Shown in pieces: positions 24,307-36,900 of a stretch of DNA of 51,336 bases (positions within the stretch are counted from its first letter, which is position 1; each line of letters begins with the position of its first letter). The stretch is from Basidiobolus meristosporus CBS 931.73 (Eukaryota > Fungi > Basidiobolomycota). Below the pieces are notes generated by a model. The model saw only the letters and a list, made by a program, of their open reading frames with translations, was not told the DNA's origin and did no database searches. The DNA lies in contig MCFE01000631.1 of assembly GCA_002104905.1 (NCBI GenBank), positions 1 to 51,336 of the forward strand, read 5' to 3'. The position numbers were made by a program, and so were the translations under genes.

Positions 24307-25519
24307 TGTGGTAATGGAAAGTATTCCATTACTACAATATCTCTAAACCAATATTGCACTCATTTCTTTATTTTGCTTTTTGCTATCGTAACACACAAGA
24401 GAAAGATCAAGAATTTCCAACTTTGAAGAGCAAATGCTCCAGACCCTGGACAAGCAATCCACCCAAGAATATTATGTCATACAGAACACATAGTAGCCAA
24501 CACATGTTTCAAATTACAGCTCATTTGAAGCATTACTTAAGGAGTTATGACCAAAAGAGTCCATCTATTATATATACTATGCCTTATTGCTAGGATTACT
24601 ATGGTGACTTTGATCGCGTGTAACTTTTCGAACCAGCCAATCAAATCACGTGAAATTTTCACATGTGCTGCGCCTATGTCCGATCTGCTCCACTGCAAAA
24701 TTTTAGCTTCGTATCACGTGTATTGCTTGCGCAATCGCCCAAAAACTTTGATCCTTCAAAATTTTCATATATATGACTTCCCCAGCTGAAAAATAAAGGA
24801 GAGCCTCTCTTTCCAGAATCTCCACACTACAATTACAAGTTTAAAGGTTATAAGACTTCCCCTGCATCACTTGCACTGTTGAGTATTCTGACTTTGATCA
24901 GTACTACATCAGTAAAGAGACTGCAAAGCTCACAAGAATCCAATCTAAGTTCTACAAGAAACTACCACTTTTCTGTTGGAAAAGTCCCCTCTAAGAAACC
25001 CCTTTACTCTAAAGACCCCTTTAGAGACCCCTTTAAGAAACCCCTTTACTCTAAAGAAGCCCCTTTAGGCACCCCTTTAGTGTAAAGTCCACTTTAGAGA
25101 CCACTACAAGAAGCCCCTTTACTCTAAAGACACCCCTTTAGACACCCCCTTAGGTCTAAAGACCCCTTTAGAGACTTCTACAACACACCCCTTTAGGTTA
25201 AAGGGGAGTTCAGAATTTCCATATTAGGAAATATTTTCTCAGAAAGGAAAGTGACTTCCAAATAAGGAAAAGTTACTATAAAAGTAAGTAAGCCCATTAG
25301 TCGACAGAAGGTCAGAACACTGCTGTAGAAGTGATAAACACTGCCTACAGTATATCTTGAGCCCAAGATTGAGGAAATTAGTGAAAGTTATATCTTCTAT
25401 TGGTATATCAAACTCCCAATAAACTATTTCAGTATTAACATACTGGAAGTTGTTGTATATTGTTGATTAGCCTCTACATTGTAGAACAAGCCCCAAACTA
25501 ATCTTAATACAACACAACA
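24307..25519 (+). repeat. Solo LTR of gypsy family E (1213 bp)
   Basis: TG...CA ends, 4-bp TSD TATA; homologous to 38819-39972. Confidence 0.88.
24985..25207. repeat. Degenerate tandem array of CCCCTTT-core units inside LTR E
   Basis: About 11 CCCCTTT(A) units. Shorter versions occur at ~31145-31272 and ~39495-39662. Confidence 0.85.
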
Positions 25520-25949
25520 TATAGCCACTCAAATCTTGTCACAAACTCTTTGCACAAATGCTGCAGAAGCTTCAAGTTGGCATGGTGATTGGCTGCTGGA
25601 TAAATATTACTACAATGTCCACATATAACTCCCAACACTTCCAATGTACTCTTGGTAGTAATGGCTTCAGAACCCCACTTGGATAAATACATATCCTGCT
25701 CATCCAGTCTTTGAATTTGTATTGTTGCTAATGGATATGAGTATTGATTGGAGTGTGTGAGATGTACTTGGGGTGGCAGATACTCTGTAATATCTTGCCA
25801 ATTCTTTCAAGTTTCTCCTGTTTCTCAAAAATATCATTTAGCTTGAAATTCCCCATTTTCAACTTGGTCACTGGTATAGGGATATTTTTTGAACGCAAAT
25901 GCATTGCTTTCAGTGGAAAGCTCCTGCCCCAGCAGATACCCTGTATGTA

Positions 25950-26748
25950 AATTTCATCAAATGGAAGCTATTGACATTCCAGATAGACCTCCGGTGGTCA
26001 TTGGTCTAGACACCTTCACCAAACTTGGCTTTCACATAAGCTGACTATCAGTTTCATATCCTTGAGTTACTAAGTCTCAGCCACCCAGAATGGATCAGAT
26101 TCCAGAGATTATCTCTCCCCATCCAGAAGCAGAGGAGTCAACCCCAACTTTTCAAGCGTAATCTCAATTAGTCCAATTGGAAGCTTTGCTGGCCATTGAA
26201 AGAAACTAAGCCATTCCCAGGAACAGTTTCTGCACTATTCCAGAATCCATTATTATGCCAGAAACCCTACCTTATGAGTCAACATGGAGGAGGCAATACC
26301 CAATTCCATATTCTTGTCAACACTTAGTTGGCAAAATAGACCAAAAGTGGGCTGACAAAGGAGTTATCAATCAAGCCCCTATCAAAACAACATTCAACAG
26401 CCATTTGATGCTTGCACCCAAGAAGGATGCAAATAGAAATCTAACTCTGAAGAGGCCCTGTTGAGATCCTGAGCATTTGAAAAAACTTCTTCAAGATGAT
26501 AAGTTACCAGTTCCAAGAATCCAGGATATCTTTACCTCACTATCAGGTGCAGAAGTACTCTACAAATTGGACTTGAAGGATGCATATTATTAATTCCAGA
26601 TCCATCCTGATCATCAGCATATAACTGCCTTAACTTGATAATATGCAATGGATGTTTCAGGGAGCTCTCTTTGACCTGAAGACACTTACCAGCAAGTTCC
26701 AGAAAGCCATGACAATAATACTCAAGAATGCACCATATGTCTTAGTAT
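25950..26748 (+). pseudogene. Fragment of a third gypsy family (F): end of protease and RT N-terminus
   Basis: PPVVIGLD, RRQYPIP, GVINQAP..T.FNS.LML.PKKD, RPC*D, PVPRIQDIF..L.G...LYKLDLKDAY. Cut at V-L-V just before the expected YxDD by gypsy A2. Confidence 0.8.
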
Positions 26749-29700
26749 TGTTATGATCTGCTGCTTGAATGTTTAAGTTAGATCAGTTTTTAGTCAAATC
26801 AATTAGTATATGTTTAGGTTATCAGTATATCAGTATTATCTATGAAATCAGTAGCATTAGTCAGTAAATGAATCAGCAGATCCTTATCAGACAGAAATAG
26901 ATATATTAAGTAGGATCTTATTGGGTGATGATGATGCAATCAAATGAGTCATCAGCCACAACCTATATTAGGAAATACTACTAGTCAGCAATTGATCTGG
27001 CAAAGTGTATATAAGGAGCTGCTGGAACCTCAATAAAAATCAGTTCAAGTTTTAGTGAATGCAATACTAGCTAAACTCCCTATTCCTCTACAACTCTTAT
27101 ACCAAGACTTGTAACATTGGTAGCAGCAATACCCAGAAACCTCCCTCCTGAAGAAAGAAGAAACCACCCTCAAGATGTTGGACAATCAAGAATGGAAGAA
27201 TGCCATGCAGCAAATCCTGGCCCAACAGCAACAGTTACTCCAAATCCTCAGCCAACAGCAACAAGGAATGACTACCATGGCTCAGAGCCAGCAAAGCCCT
27301 GTCAAGAGCAACTTTAATGTGAAGGTCAACCAGTACCATGGCAGAGTCAATGAAAACCTGGGGACTTGGCTCTTCCAGATTGAAGAAGCTTTTAAAGCTA
27401 AAGGAATTGCTCCAGAAAGCAAGTTGCATTATGCAGCTTCTTACCTGGCAGATGCAGCCTTACAGTGGTACCACAACAAGATCAGGTCAGCCACTATGAT
27501 GGGATGCTCTACAATCTCTACCTGGGATGAGTTTGTGTTGGAAATTCAGGATGCTTTTGAACCTCCACACCAGCAGACACTACTAAGAAGGAAGTTAAAG
27601 ACACTCAGACAGAAAGGAATGGTGCAAGAATACATCTATGAGTACAGATGTCTACTTGGACAAATTGAAAGAATGGACCCCTTGGATCAAGTTGAATACT
27701 TTATTGATGGGTTGAAAGAAAGAACTCGCAAGGAAGTGAATTACCAAAGACCTCAGACTATTGAAGAAGCCATCAAGATTGCCATTGACTATGACTCAGC
27801 TATGTTTGGAGTTGGGAAGCCTACAGTGACTAATCAGAAAGGCTACTATCATTATGAAAGAAGACAATCAGAAGCAGTACCAATGGAAATAGACGCTATG
27901 CAGAAGAATCCCTCCTCAGAAGAATGCAAGAAGAAAGGACTTTGCTTCAATTGCCACCAGCAAGGACATATTGCAAAGTACTGCCCTCAGAGAAGAAATG
28001 GACACCAGCCATCAAGAACCTTTAACCGTATTGAGGCCATGGAGCATAGTAACATGAAGGATGAGCTTGAAGAAGACTCAGAACTCACCTTCCACATGAC
28101 AGAAGAATACCTATCCCAGATGACCTCAAACTCAGGAAAGCTATTAACTTGAATGGAGTAATCAATGGAGTACCTGCCAAGATCATGACTGACTCAGGAG
28201 CATTGCATGAGTACATGTCAGAGCAGCTTGCTCTGAAAGCTGGGATCAACTCAGAACCTACCAAATCAACTTCAGTCTCAAAAGCTGATGGGAACTCTCA
28301 CATAATCAACCGTATTACTCAGCCAGTAAGAATGAAGATCAATGACTATGAAGAAGACCTACAGGCTTATATATTTGGGAACTGCAAGTTTGACCTTGTA
28401 CTTGGAAAAACCTGGCTATTTTGTCATAATCCATCAATCAACTGGAGAACCCATGCTACTCAGATCCAAAAAGACAACAAGACCTATGAGCTATTACCTG
28501 CCAGGCTGGATTTCAACTTGGTCAATTCCAGTATGTGTGAGACAAGTGAGCTTAGCAAGACCCAGTTCTGTAGAGCACTTAGAAAAGGTACCCAGATGTT
28601 CCTCATGGCTGTATTACAGGAGGATTCTGCTACCCCAGCACCTCAGCAGGTCCAGACTCTCTTGAAGAAATATTTGGACATGTTTCCAGATGAGCTTCTA
28701 AGCCTACCACCAGTCAGAGACATGGATCATGCCATTGACACAGGAGATAGCCCTCCAGTGAGCAATACACCTTACAGAATGAGTCCATTGGAATTGGAGG
28801 AAATGAAGAGACAAATTGATCAGCTATTGGAGCAAGGATATATCAGGCCCAGCAAGTCACCCTGGGGAGCACCAGTGCTTTTTGTGAAAAGACGGATGGA
28901 ACACTTAGGATGTGCATTGACTACAGAGCCCTGAACTCAGTTACCATCAAGAAGAAGTACCCCATACCTTGGATTGATGAGCTTTTGAACCAACTTAATG
29001 GAGCCACTATTTTCAGCAAGATTGACCTCATGTCAGGATACAACCAGATTAGGGTGAAGCCAGAAGACATCCCTAAGACAGCATTTAGGACTAGATATGG
29101 ACATTACAAGTACTTAGTCATGAGTCTTGGCCTCACCAATGCCCCTGCAACTTTCATGACCCTGATGCAGACTGTCTTCCAGGAGTACTTAGACAAGTTT
29201 GTCATAATCTACCTAGATGATATACTGATATACAGCAAGACAGAAGAGGATCACTTGGTGCACATTGAAAAGGTCTTGAAGAAGCTAAGAGAGAACAAGC
29301 TATATGGCAAGCTACCCAAGTGTGAATTCTTCAAGGAACATGTATAATATCTGGGACACATAGTGACTAGCACAGGAGTAACCGTAGACCCCAAGAAGGT
29401 GGAAGTAATCAAGAATTTGAAGCAGCCCCATAGCATATCAGAATTCAGATCATTCCTTGGAATGGTTTCCTATTATTGGAGGTCTGTCAAGTCTTTTGCA
29501 AGTATTGCAGCCCCTTTAACTGATATCCTCAAGAAAGTCAATACCTACAAGTGGGACATAGCTTGTGAGACTGCCTTCCAGACACTCAAGAATGAACTTG
29601 CTAAGCTGCCAAGCTTAAGAATACCAGACTTCAGAAAAGAGTTCACTCTGTGCACAGATGCTTCAGATTATGCAATTGGTGGTGTGCTGAGCCAAGAACA

Positions 29701-29796
29701 CAAGGAAAAGGACTACGCTGTTGCCTTTGAATTCAAGAAACTGAACTCAGCAGAACAAAACTATCCAGTCCATGAAAAGGAGATGCTTGCTATAAT
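26749..29796 (+). mobile_element. Gypsy family A copy A2, truncated within RNase H
   Basis: 5' LTR 26749-27116, PBS TGGTAGCAGC at 27118, gag 27175-28152 and pol fragments 28149-29796 nearly identical to A1. No 3' LTR. Confidence 0.93.
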
Positions 29797-30848
29797 TACC
29801 CAAACACCGGCACTAAGAACATCTTCTTTCTGAAGAGAGAATGTACAGAAGTAAGCATGCAATTGCAGCAAAGTTAGCAAGCTATAAGACACTGGCCAGA
29901 ATATGGAATCAATTGGAAACCAAAGATACATAAAATAGAGGGTATCTGTTGGAGCAAAAGCTTTCCACGGGGACCAATGCATTTGCTTTTCAACAATATC
30001 CCTATACTGATGACCCAGTTGTACATGGGGCATTTCAAGCTAAATGAGCCCTTTGAGATACCAGAGAAATTTAAAAGAATTGGCAAGAAATTTCAGAGTA
30101 TCTGCCACCCTAAGCACTTCTTGCAGGCTCCAGGTAATATTCATATGCATATGCAACAATACAAATGTAAAGACTGGATGAACTGGATATGTATTTATTC
30201 AAGTGGCATTCCAAAGCCATTCCTACCAAGAGTACATTGGAAGCATTGGGAGTCATATGTGGACATTGTAGGAATAGTTATCCAGAAGCAGATCACCAAT
30301 GCCAACTTGAGGCATCTACAGGAGTTATGTGAGGAGTTTGTGATAGGATTTGAGCGGCTATACTACAAACATAAAGCTGAATGTGTAGATCTCTGCCACT
30401 ATTGTATCCATACTCTACACCATCTTACATGGTGTGTGGAGAATATTGGGCCTTGCTTCACCTTTTAGGAGTTTCCTATGGAGTAGATATATAGGGAGAT
30501 AGGAAGACAAGTCAAGTCGCAGGTATTAGACTTGTTGCATCATTCCAGCTGATCATAGTGCCCAATAGTGCCATAGCATGCCAGATGGTGCCTGATCATG
30601 CCACAGAGTGCCAGATGGTGCCATACAGTGCCAATTTGGGATCAAAATTGACATGCATATGACCCTAAAATATCAAATTAATAACAAAATATACAGCACT
30701 TTCTGGCACTATGATCAATGGCACAATGGAACAAGTCTATTACCATATACCAATCTCATCAAGAATATCACCTTCAAGTTTGTCATGGGTGTGATGAGTT
30801 GGCACATGGAGGACAGCCAGAAAGAGTTGGAAAATACTGAAGATAAAC
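29797..30848 (+). pseudogene. En/Spm-like transposase remnant, copy 3 (inverted relative to copies 1 and 2)
   Basis: ORF 29977-30468 reads HLLFNNIP...WMNWICIYS...EEFVIGFERLYY...CIHTLHHL..CVENIGPCFTF. Confidence 0.82.
30528..30738. mobile_element. 211-bp MITE, copy 3
   Basis: TIRs, TSD ATT/ATT; the corresponding empty site lies in En/Spm copy 1 (~734-742). Confidence 0.95.
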
Positions 30849-31408
30849 CACAGCAGAATTTTAGCAATGTATCATGTGTATTGTTTGTGCAATTGTCCAA
30901 AAACTTTGCTCCTTCAGAGTTTTCATATATATATTAGTTCCCCAGCTGAAAAATAAAGGAGCCTTTCTTTCCTGAATCTCCATATTACAATTGCAAGTTT
31001 AAAGGCTATAGGACTTCCCCTGCATCACTTACACTGTTGAGTATTCTGACTTTGATCAGTAATACATCAGTAAAGAGACTGCAAAGCACACAAGAACTCA
31101 ATCTAAGTTCTGCATGCAAACTACCACTTTTCTGTTGGAAACGTCCCCTCTAAGAAACCCCTTTAGAGACCCCATTAAGTAACTGCTTTACTCTAAAGAA
31201 GCCCTCTCAGGCACCCTTTAGTATAAAGTTCACTTTAGCAACTTCTATACCACACCCTTTAGGTTAAAGGGGAGCTCAGAATTCCCATATTAGGAAATAT
31301 TAACTTATAATGGAAAGTGACTTCCAAATAAGGAAAAGTAACTATAAAAGTAGGAAAGCCAAATGGTCAACAGAAGGTCAGAACACTGCTGTACAAGTGA
31401 GAAACACT

Positions 31409-31618
31409 AGACTTGTTCCATTGTGCCATTGATCATAGTGCCAAAAGTGCTGTATATTTTGTTATTAATTTGATATTTTATAGTCATATGCATGTCAATT
31501 TTGATCCCAAATTGGCACTGTATGGCACTATCTGGCACTCTGTGGCATGATCAGGCACCATCTTGCATGCTATGGCACTATTGGGCACTATGATCAGCTG
31601 GAATGATGGAGCAAGTCT
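31409..31618. mobile_element. 210-bp MITE, copy 4
   Basis: TSD ACT/ACT. The empty site GAGAAAC-ACT-GTCTACAG is in the LTR E copy at ~39787-39804. Confidence 0.95.
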
Positions 31619-31786
31619 ACTGTCTACAGTATATTTTGAGCCTAAGATTAAGGATATTAGTGAAAGTTATATCTTCTATTGGTATATCAAACTCCCAATA
31701 AACTACATTCAGTATTAGCATACTGCCAGTTGTTTTATATTTGTGATTAGCCTCTACATGGTAGAACAAGGCCTAAACTAATCATA

Positions 31787-33863
31787 AGATTTGTTCCATT
31801 GTACTGTGCTGGGGTAAGCAGCACAATCCGCAGTATCTAAGAACAATTGGGCGCAATATTATAGGTACTGGTAGGCAGGATTGCTCTTGAACAATTTTTC
31901 ACCATGTGGGATGATCTTGCATACTATGGCACAATCTGACACAATGAGGTTGGCACAGATGATTGTTCCAACTTGTAATGTTTGAGTCACATGCATGATT
32001 GTATACCTCCATTAGGGTAGGCAAAATCCGGTATTTGGATCAGTTTATTTAATGTAAGTGGAAATAAATGTGTATCACACTATAAACTACACTGAAACTT
32101 ACCATTTTGGTGACCATCACTCCAATTGGAATGTATCTCAGTGATTTACTGGTCCAAGAGCATCCTGAAGCTGTCAGCCCCCAATTGGCTCTTTGATCAA
32201 TGCATAAGCTACCTGATTTGCATCAAATATCCTGTTTTGCCCATTGAGCAAGTATATCCCTGATCCTGGTGATTGGACAAGGTTTCATAACTAGCATGCA
32301 GCCAATTGGATAGGTGCAAAATGAATCAAATGGCTGCACTGGCATTACAGATGATGTCTATACATGCAGGGTGTTTATTTACAGGGGATATGTCTCAAAT
32401 GTGAGATGACCTTGATATTACTTATACCAAAAACTCAGTGATCACTGATTTGAAATGGCTCAATCTGGACCACAAAAAACTGTGTTGTTTGGATTATGAC
32501 AAATTATAGCAATTCAATGCAATTGCATCATCTTCTCCTAGGTTCTTTTCTCACAGGGATTACTACTGAAGCATTTGGTAGTGGTTCACTTTGCATGCCT
32601 AAACTACCTCCTTGTTCACTATCCACTTGGCTACTTATGTTTTTGTAGTCAATATTTTGCCTCCTAGTTAAAGAGTGCAATGCTGCAGCTTGGTTACACT
32701 TAATTGCTCTGAATGATGGTACTGAACCAGCCTGCAATGCTACATGCTGATGCGTTCTTTTACTTGGAATAGACATATTAAGTAGGATCTTATTGGGTGA
32801 TGATGCAATCAAATGAGCCATCAGCCACAGCCTACATTAAAAAATACAATTAGTCAGCAATTGATCTGGCAAAATGTATATAAGCAGCTGCCGGAACCTC
32901 AACAAAAATCAGTTCAAGTTTTAGTGAATACAATACTAGCAAAATCCCTATTCCTCTACAACTCTTATACCAAGACTTGTAACACATGTGGGTCATCATC
33001 AGTCAGTTCACAAGAAGAAATTGGCTGATGGTCAGGTGTAATAGCATGTGCAGGCACAACATGATGTGCTGGCATGGCCCTTGGCTGAGTTTGATGTGAT
33101 GCTGCTTGCTGATGCAACACTGCCTGCTCCAATGGACTTGTGTCTAAATGAGCAGTTTGGTGAGTTCTGGTGATTTTGCTCTGAAGCACATGCATCAACC
33201 CAACACGTATTGACTCAATAGGATGTGGTGGTGTAGAGGTACTCCTGGGAGAAGTTACACAACACAAGGTGTGTGAGGTGTCTAATAGGTGCAATAACCT
33301 CTGTGTCTGAACGGCTGTGTCTTTGTCCATATGTCACTTTGGTAAAAGCTACTGCTTCTCTAGCTTCCTAGATGCTCCAAGTGTCTTCAAAAGCCTCTGT
33401 GTGTGTTGTACACTACCCTGAAAAGCTCCTTGATGGCAATTCTGAGGTGTAGCTGTTAAAGATAGGTGCAGTGATCAACTGCTGATCATTAAATGAAGAA
33501 GTGTAACTGATAGAACGGATGATTTATTGATAAGGGATTGACTACCCTTAAATACTCTTCCTGATTACCAAGTAATTACTAATGACAAGGTTCTAGAAAA
33601 TTCCAGGCATCAGGGGAATTCTTGCCAACATCACTATGGGCTAAAAATACTCCAAGAAGGTCCTCAAAGGTTCCAAAAGGCACAGCACATCCAGCCAATC
33701 AGGGGTCAGTAGTCTGAAGCCTGTGCAACATAGAAATACCATATATGGTATTGAAATGGTAGGGATGGTAACTCAGACCTAGGTCATGTGTCACAGGTAC
33801 TGAGATCAATCCGGCACCATAAACAGGCTGGCACTATGTGGCACTATCCAATGGAACAGGTCT
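31787..33863. mobile_element. ~2.1-kb non-autonomous AGACTTG-TIR element with an unrelated interior
   Basis: Ends AGATTTGTTCC...GGAACAGGTCT. The last ~60 bp are the reverse complement of 2328-2390. It splits the end of LTR E. The TSD is not cleanly resolved (ATA/ATC). Confidence 0.65.
32767..32984 (+). repeat. 3' part of a gypsy A LTR
   Basis: Matches 13743-13963 and ends TGTAACA; the 5' part is absent. Confidence 0.9.
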
Positions 33864-33939
33864 ATCAAGCAACATAACCAGAATTTGGTGGAGGACTTAG
33901 GTAGTTTGACTCTTTCACTATACAAGCATCAACAAACCT

Positions 33940-36900
33940 TACAAGAATGACTGATAAACCACTTCCAGAGTTAATAGCCACTTTTGAAGGTGCAATTCCA
34001 GCAAGATTCCTATGAGAAAATGTTACTAAGTTTCTAGAAGAGCTTAATAGTATAGCTGCAGCATTTGAGCTATCACACAAGAACAAAATCCAATTATTTC
34101 CCTTTCTCTCTGAAGTTGAAGTATCAAGATTCTTACAAAGTTTGGATCAATTTAAGATATCTGTTGGCACTAACAATAACTGGGACATTACCCAACAAGC
34201 TACTTTAGCTAGGTACTAAAAGGAAGCACAGTTTGTCATACTAAATGTGCTTGAAATGCTGTACAATAAGACCCAACCCTTGCAAAAGTACATCCAAGAG
34301 TTTGAATTAAAAGCAAGACATGTTGAAGTAGCTATTGGAATTCCAAGATTTTATGAAAGAAACTATTTTCTGATGAATATGCCTCTTGAGATACAAGATG
34401 CCATTAGCCGCTAAGCTCAGGCTACAAGCTCCTACAACAATGTTAAACAAATGGTGTTACACTATCAATTGGGAAGACAAGTCATGGATTCCATTAACAA
34501 TCAAATGAAGATTTTCACTCAAACTAAACAATTCCTTCATTGTGCAAATAACCCACAAATTGATCAGGTTAATGAATAACTGATGCATCAGGAGAATGAC
34601 GCTTAAGTTGGACTCTCAAAGTGTATCATCATCAAGCATCAACAAAGTAAGGCCAGAAAACCCCATAGAAACAGTAACTATCTGCAGCAAACCAAATATT
34701 GTGTGTACTGTGAATCTGCTGAACATAGCTGTTGTGGTTGCCAAATATTGAATATTGATATTGACAGTAATAAAGTTATGACTGATTGCTATGGGGGGAT
34801 CTCTGATATTGCTGGCAATCCTTTACCTGTCAACAGAGGATATAATGCAAGGGGGTCTTCTGTACCTGCTCTAGAAGAATTAAGTAAAAGCAACATAACA
34901 TCAAAACTCATACAAATTCAAAAGACTGCAGAAACTCCAAGCAATGATTTTTACATACTCACAATATCAAACCCATCAGGGCTGGTCAAAAATAGCTATT
35001 AGACAACAAGGAAGTTGAAGAGTCAAATTGCCTTAATGATGGGAGAAAATATGTCTCTATGGAGAATAATCCTAAACAAGTTTACTAACAAAAGAAATCA
35101 GCCAATTGTTGAAATACTGATACAGCCAGATGCATGAAAAATCCAAAAAGAACACTTGCAATCTCAATCCAAGTATGACACTATTGCAATCACACAGAAA
35201 GTTATTGACAAATTCTGGAAATCTCCATTTCCACAACCAACAAATCAAGAAATGCTTACCACTATATGCAATCTCAATCAACTACTGCCCAAAATGATCA
35301 AAGCTATCAGCAAAGATATACTCATGGATTATCAAGAACAATCTTCAACTACATTATCAACTGAACAGCTACAATTTGATGTTGAAGAGCCTTTTACTCT
35401 ATTACAGCAGGAAGCTATGCTGCTACAACCAACAATGTTAAAGTGGAATGTGTTTCTGATTCTGGATCAGAAATCAATGCCATCACAACTATGACTTTTG
35501 AAAAAATCAAATTGCCATAAACAGAAGTTGACTGGAATATGAGAACTGCTACAGGTGCAACAGCGAAGATGCTTGGACTTTGTCACTCTGTACCAGTTGA
35601 AATTGGAGGAATTAGGGTCACTTCTCCCTTTTCCATTGTTGCAAATAGACCAACTTGTGAGGTGTTGTTGGGACAACCATATAAGAGAGAATCTCTTCTA
35701 CAAGCTGATAATAGACCTGATGGAAGCTTATGGCTAACAATCACATCTGACAATCAAAAAAGAAGGACAACCTTTTGTGCAGCAAAAGAGAATAATCCAG
35801 GAAATGCAGACTCAACTCCAGTACAAAACACTCAGGTTCAATAGGATGTTTTGTTTTATCATCAACACTTTATTCCATTGACAACAGGTAAGACAAATAC
35901 AAAATATGAGCCAGTTGCATTGAAAGCAAAGCCAGTATCTACTCAAATCTCACCATCTGCTCATAACAATTTCCAAAAGGAGCCCTTACACAAATATGAA
36001 AAAAATCAGACTTGCAGAAGAGAAGCTCCAGGAGTTAGCTATTGGGACTACTCTTAACATTGAAGAGAAAAGTCACTTTTTGACTATGACACAATGCTAT
36101 GACAATGTCTTTACATTTAATGATGCACAAAGAGGATGCTTATCCACAGAGCTATTTCTACCGGTTAAGATCCACACTGTTGAACATACACCATGGGCAC
36201 TAAGATCATATCCTATTCCCCAAGATTATTGAACAAAGCAATTCAAATGCTACAATCAAGATTTCAAGTGGAGTCATTGATTATAGCTATGGTTCATATT
36301 TTAATCCCTGTTTTACTCTATTGAAGAAAAATGAAAGTCTACAGTTTATTCAAGATGTACAGCATATGAGTAAGGTCACCATGAAAGATGCTTTGCAACC
36401 ACCCAAATGATGTGAGTATATTGAGTCATTTACTGAATATCCTCTGATTACAACATGCAATCTTTATTCAGGATATGACCAGATACTTCTGGATCCTGAC
36501 TCCTGAGATTTCATTGCTATGGATACACCAATAGGACTCAGAAGGATGACAAGAATTCCTCAAGGATGGACTAACTTTGTGCAAAATTAACAGTATGCAA
36601 TGATTTGGGCTTTAGATGACTGTTTCCCTGAAATATGTTAACCATTTCCTGATGACATTGAAGTCAAAAATAAGCAGACAGAAAAAGATACATCACATGT
36701 CTTACCCTAAGTAAGAAGATATGTTTATGATCACATATGCATTGTCTAAAGGGTCATGAAGGAACTTCAAGCTTCTGGTCTGGCTGTATCTGAAGCCAAA
36801 TGCAAGTTTGGCTACAGCAAAGCAATCCTTCTAGGTGAACTTGCTACTGAAAAAGGGAGATTGCCTGATCCTGCAAAACTCTCATCAGCACTAAATTGGA

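Larger units (their letters stand above)
23744..25944 (-). pseudogene. En/Spm-like transposase remnant, copy 2, split by solo LTR E
   Basis: Aligns with 1-45, 395-854 and 1560-2035. ORF 24005-24229 reads ENVGPYFTFWEFPMEQMCGR. Confidence 0.8.

Noticed and set aside
24645-24720. ATCACGTG as a centromeric CDEI element
   Set aside because: No CDEII AT tract or CDEIII follows, and point centromeres are restricted to budding yeasts. Treated only as an E-box.
24985-25207. Interstitial telomeric repeat
   Set aside because: Units are irregular, are not TTAGGG, and recur at the same place in each LTR E copy.
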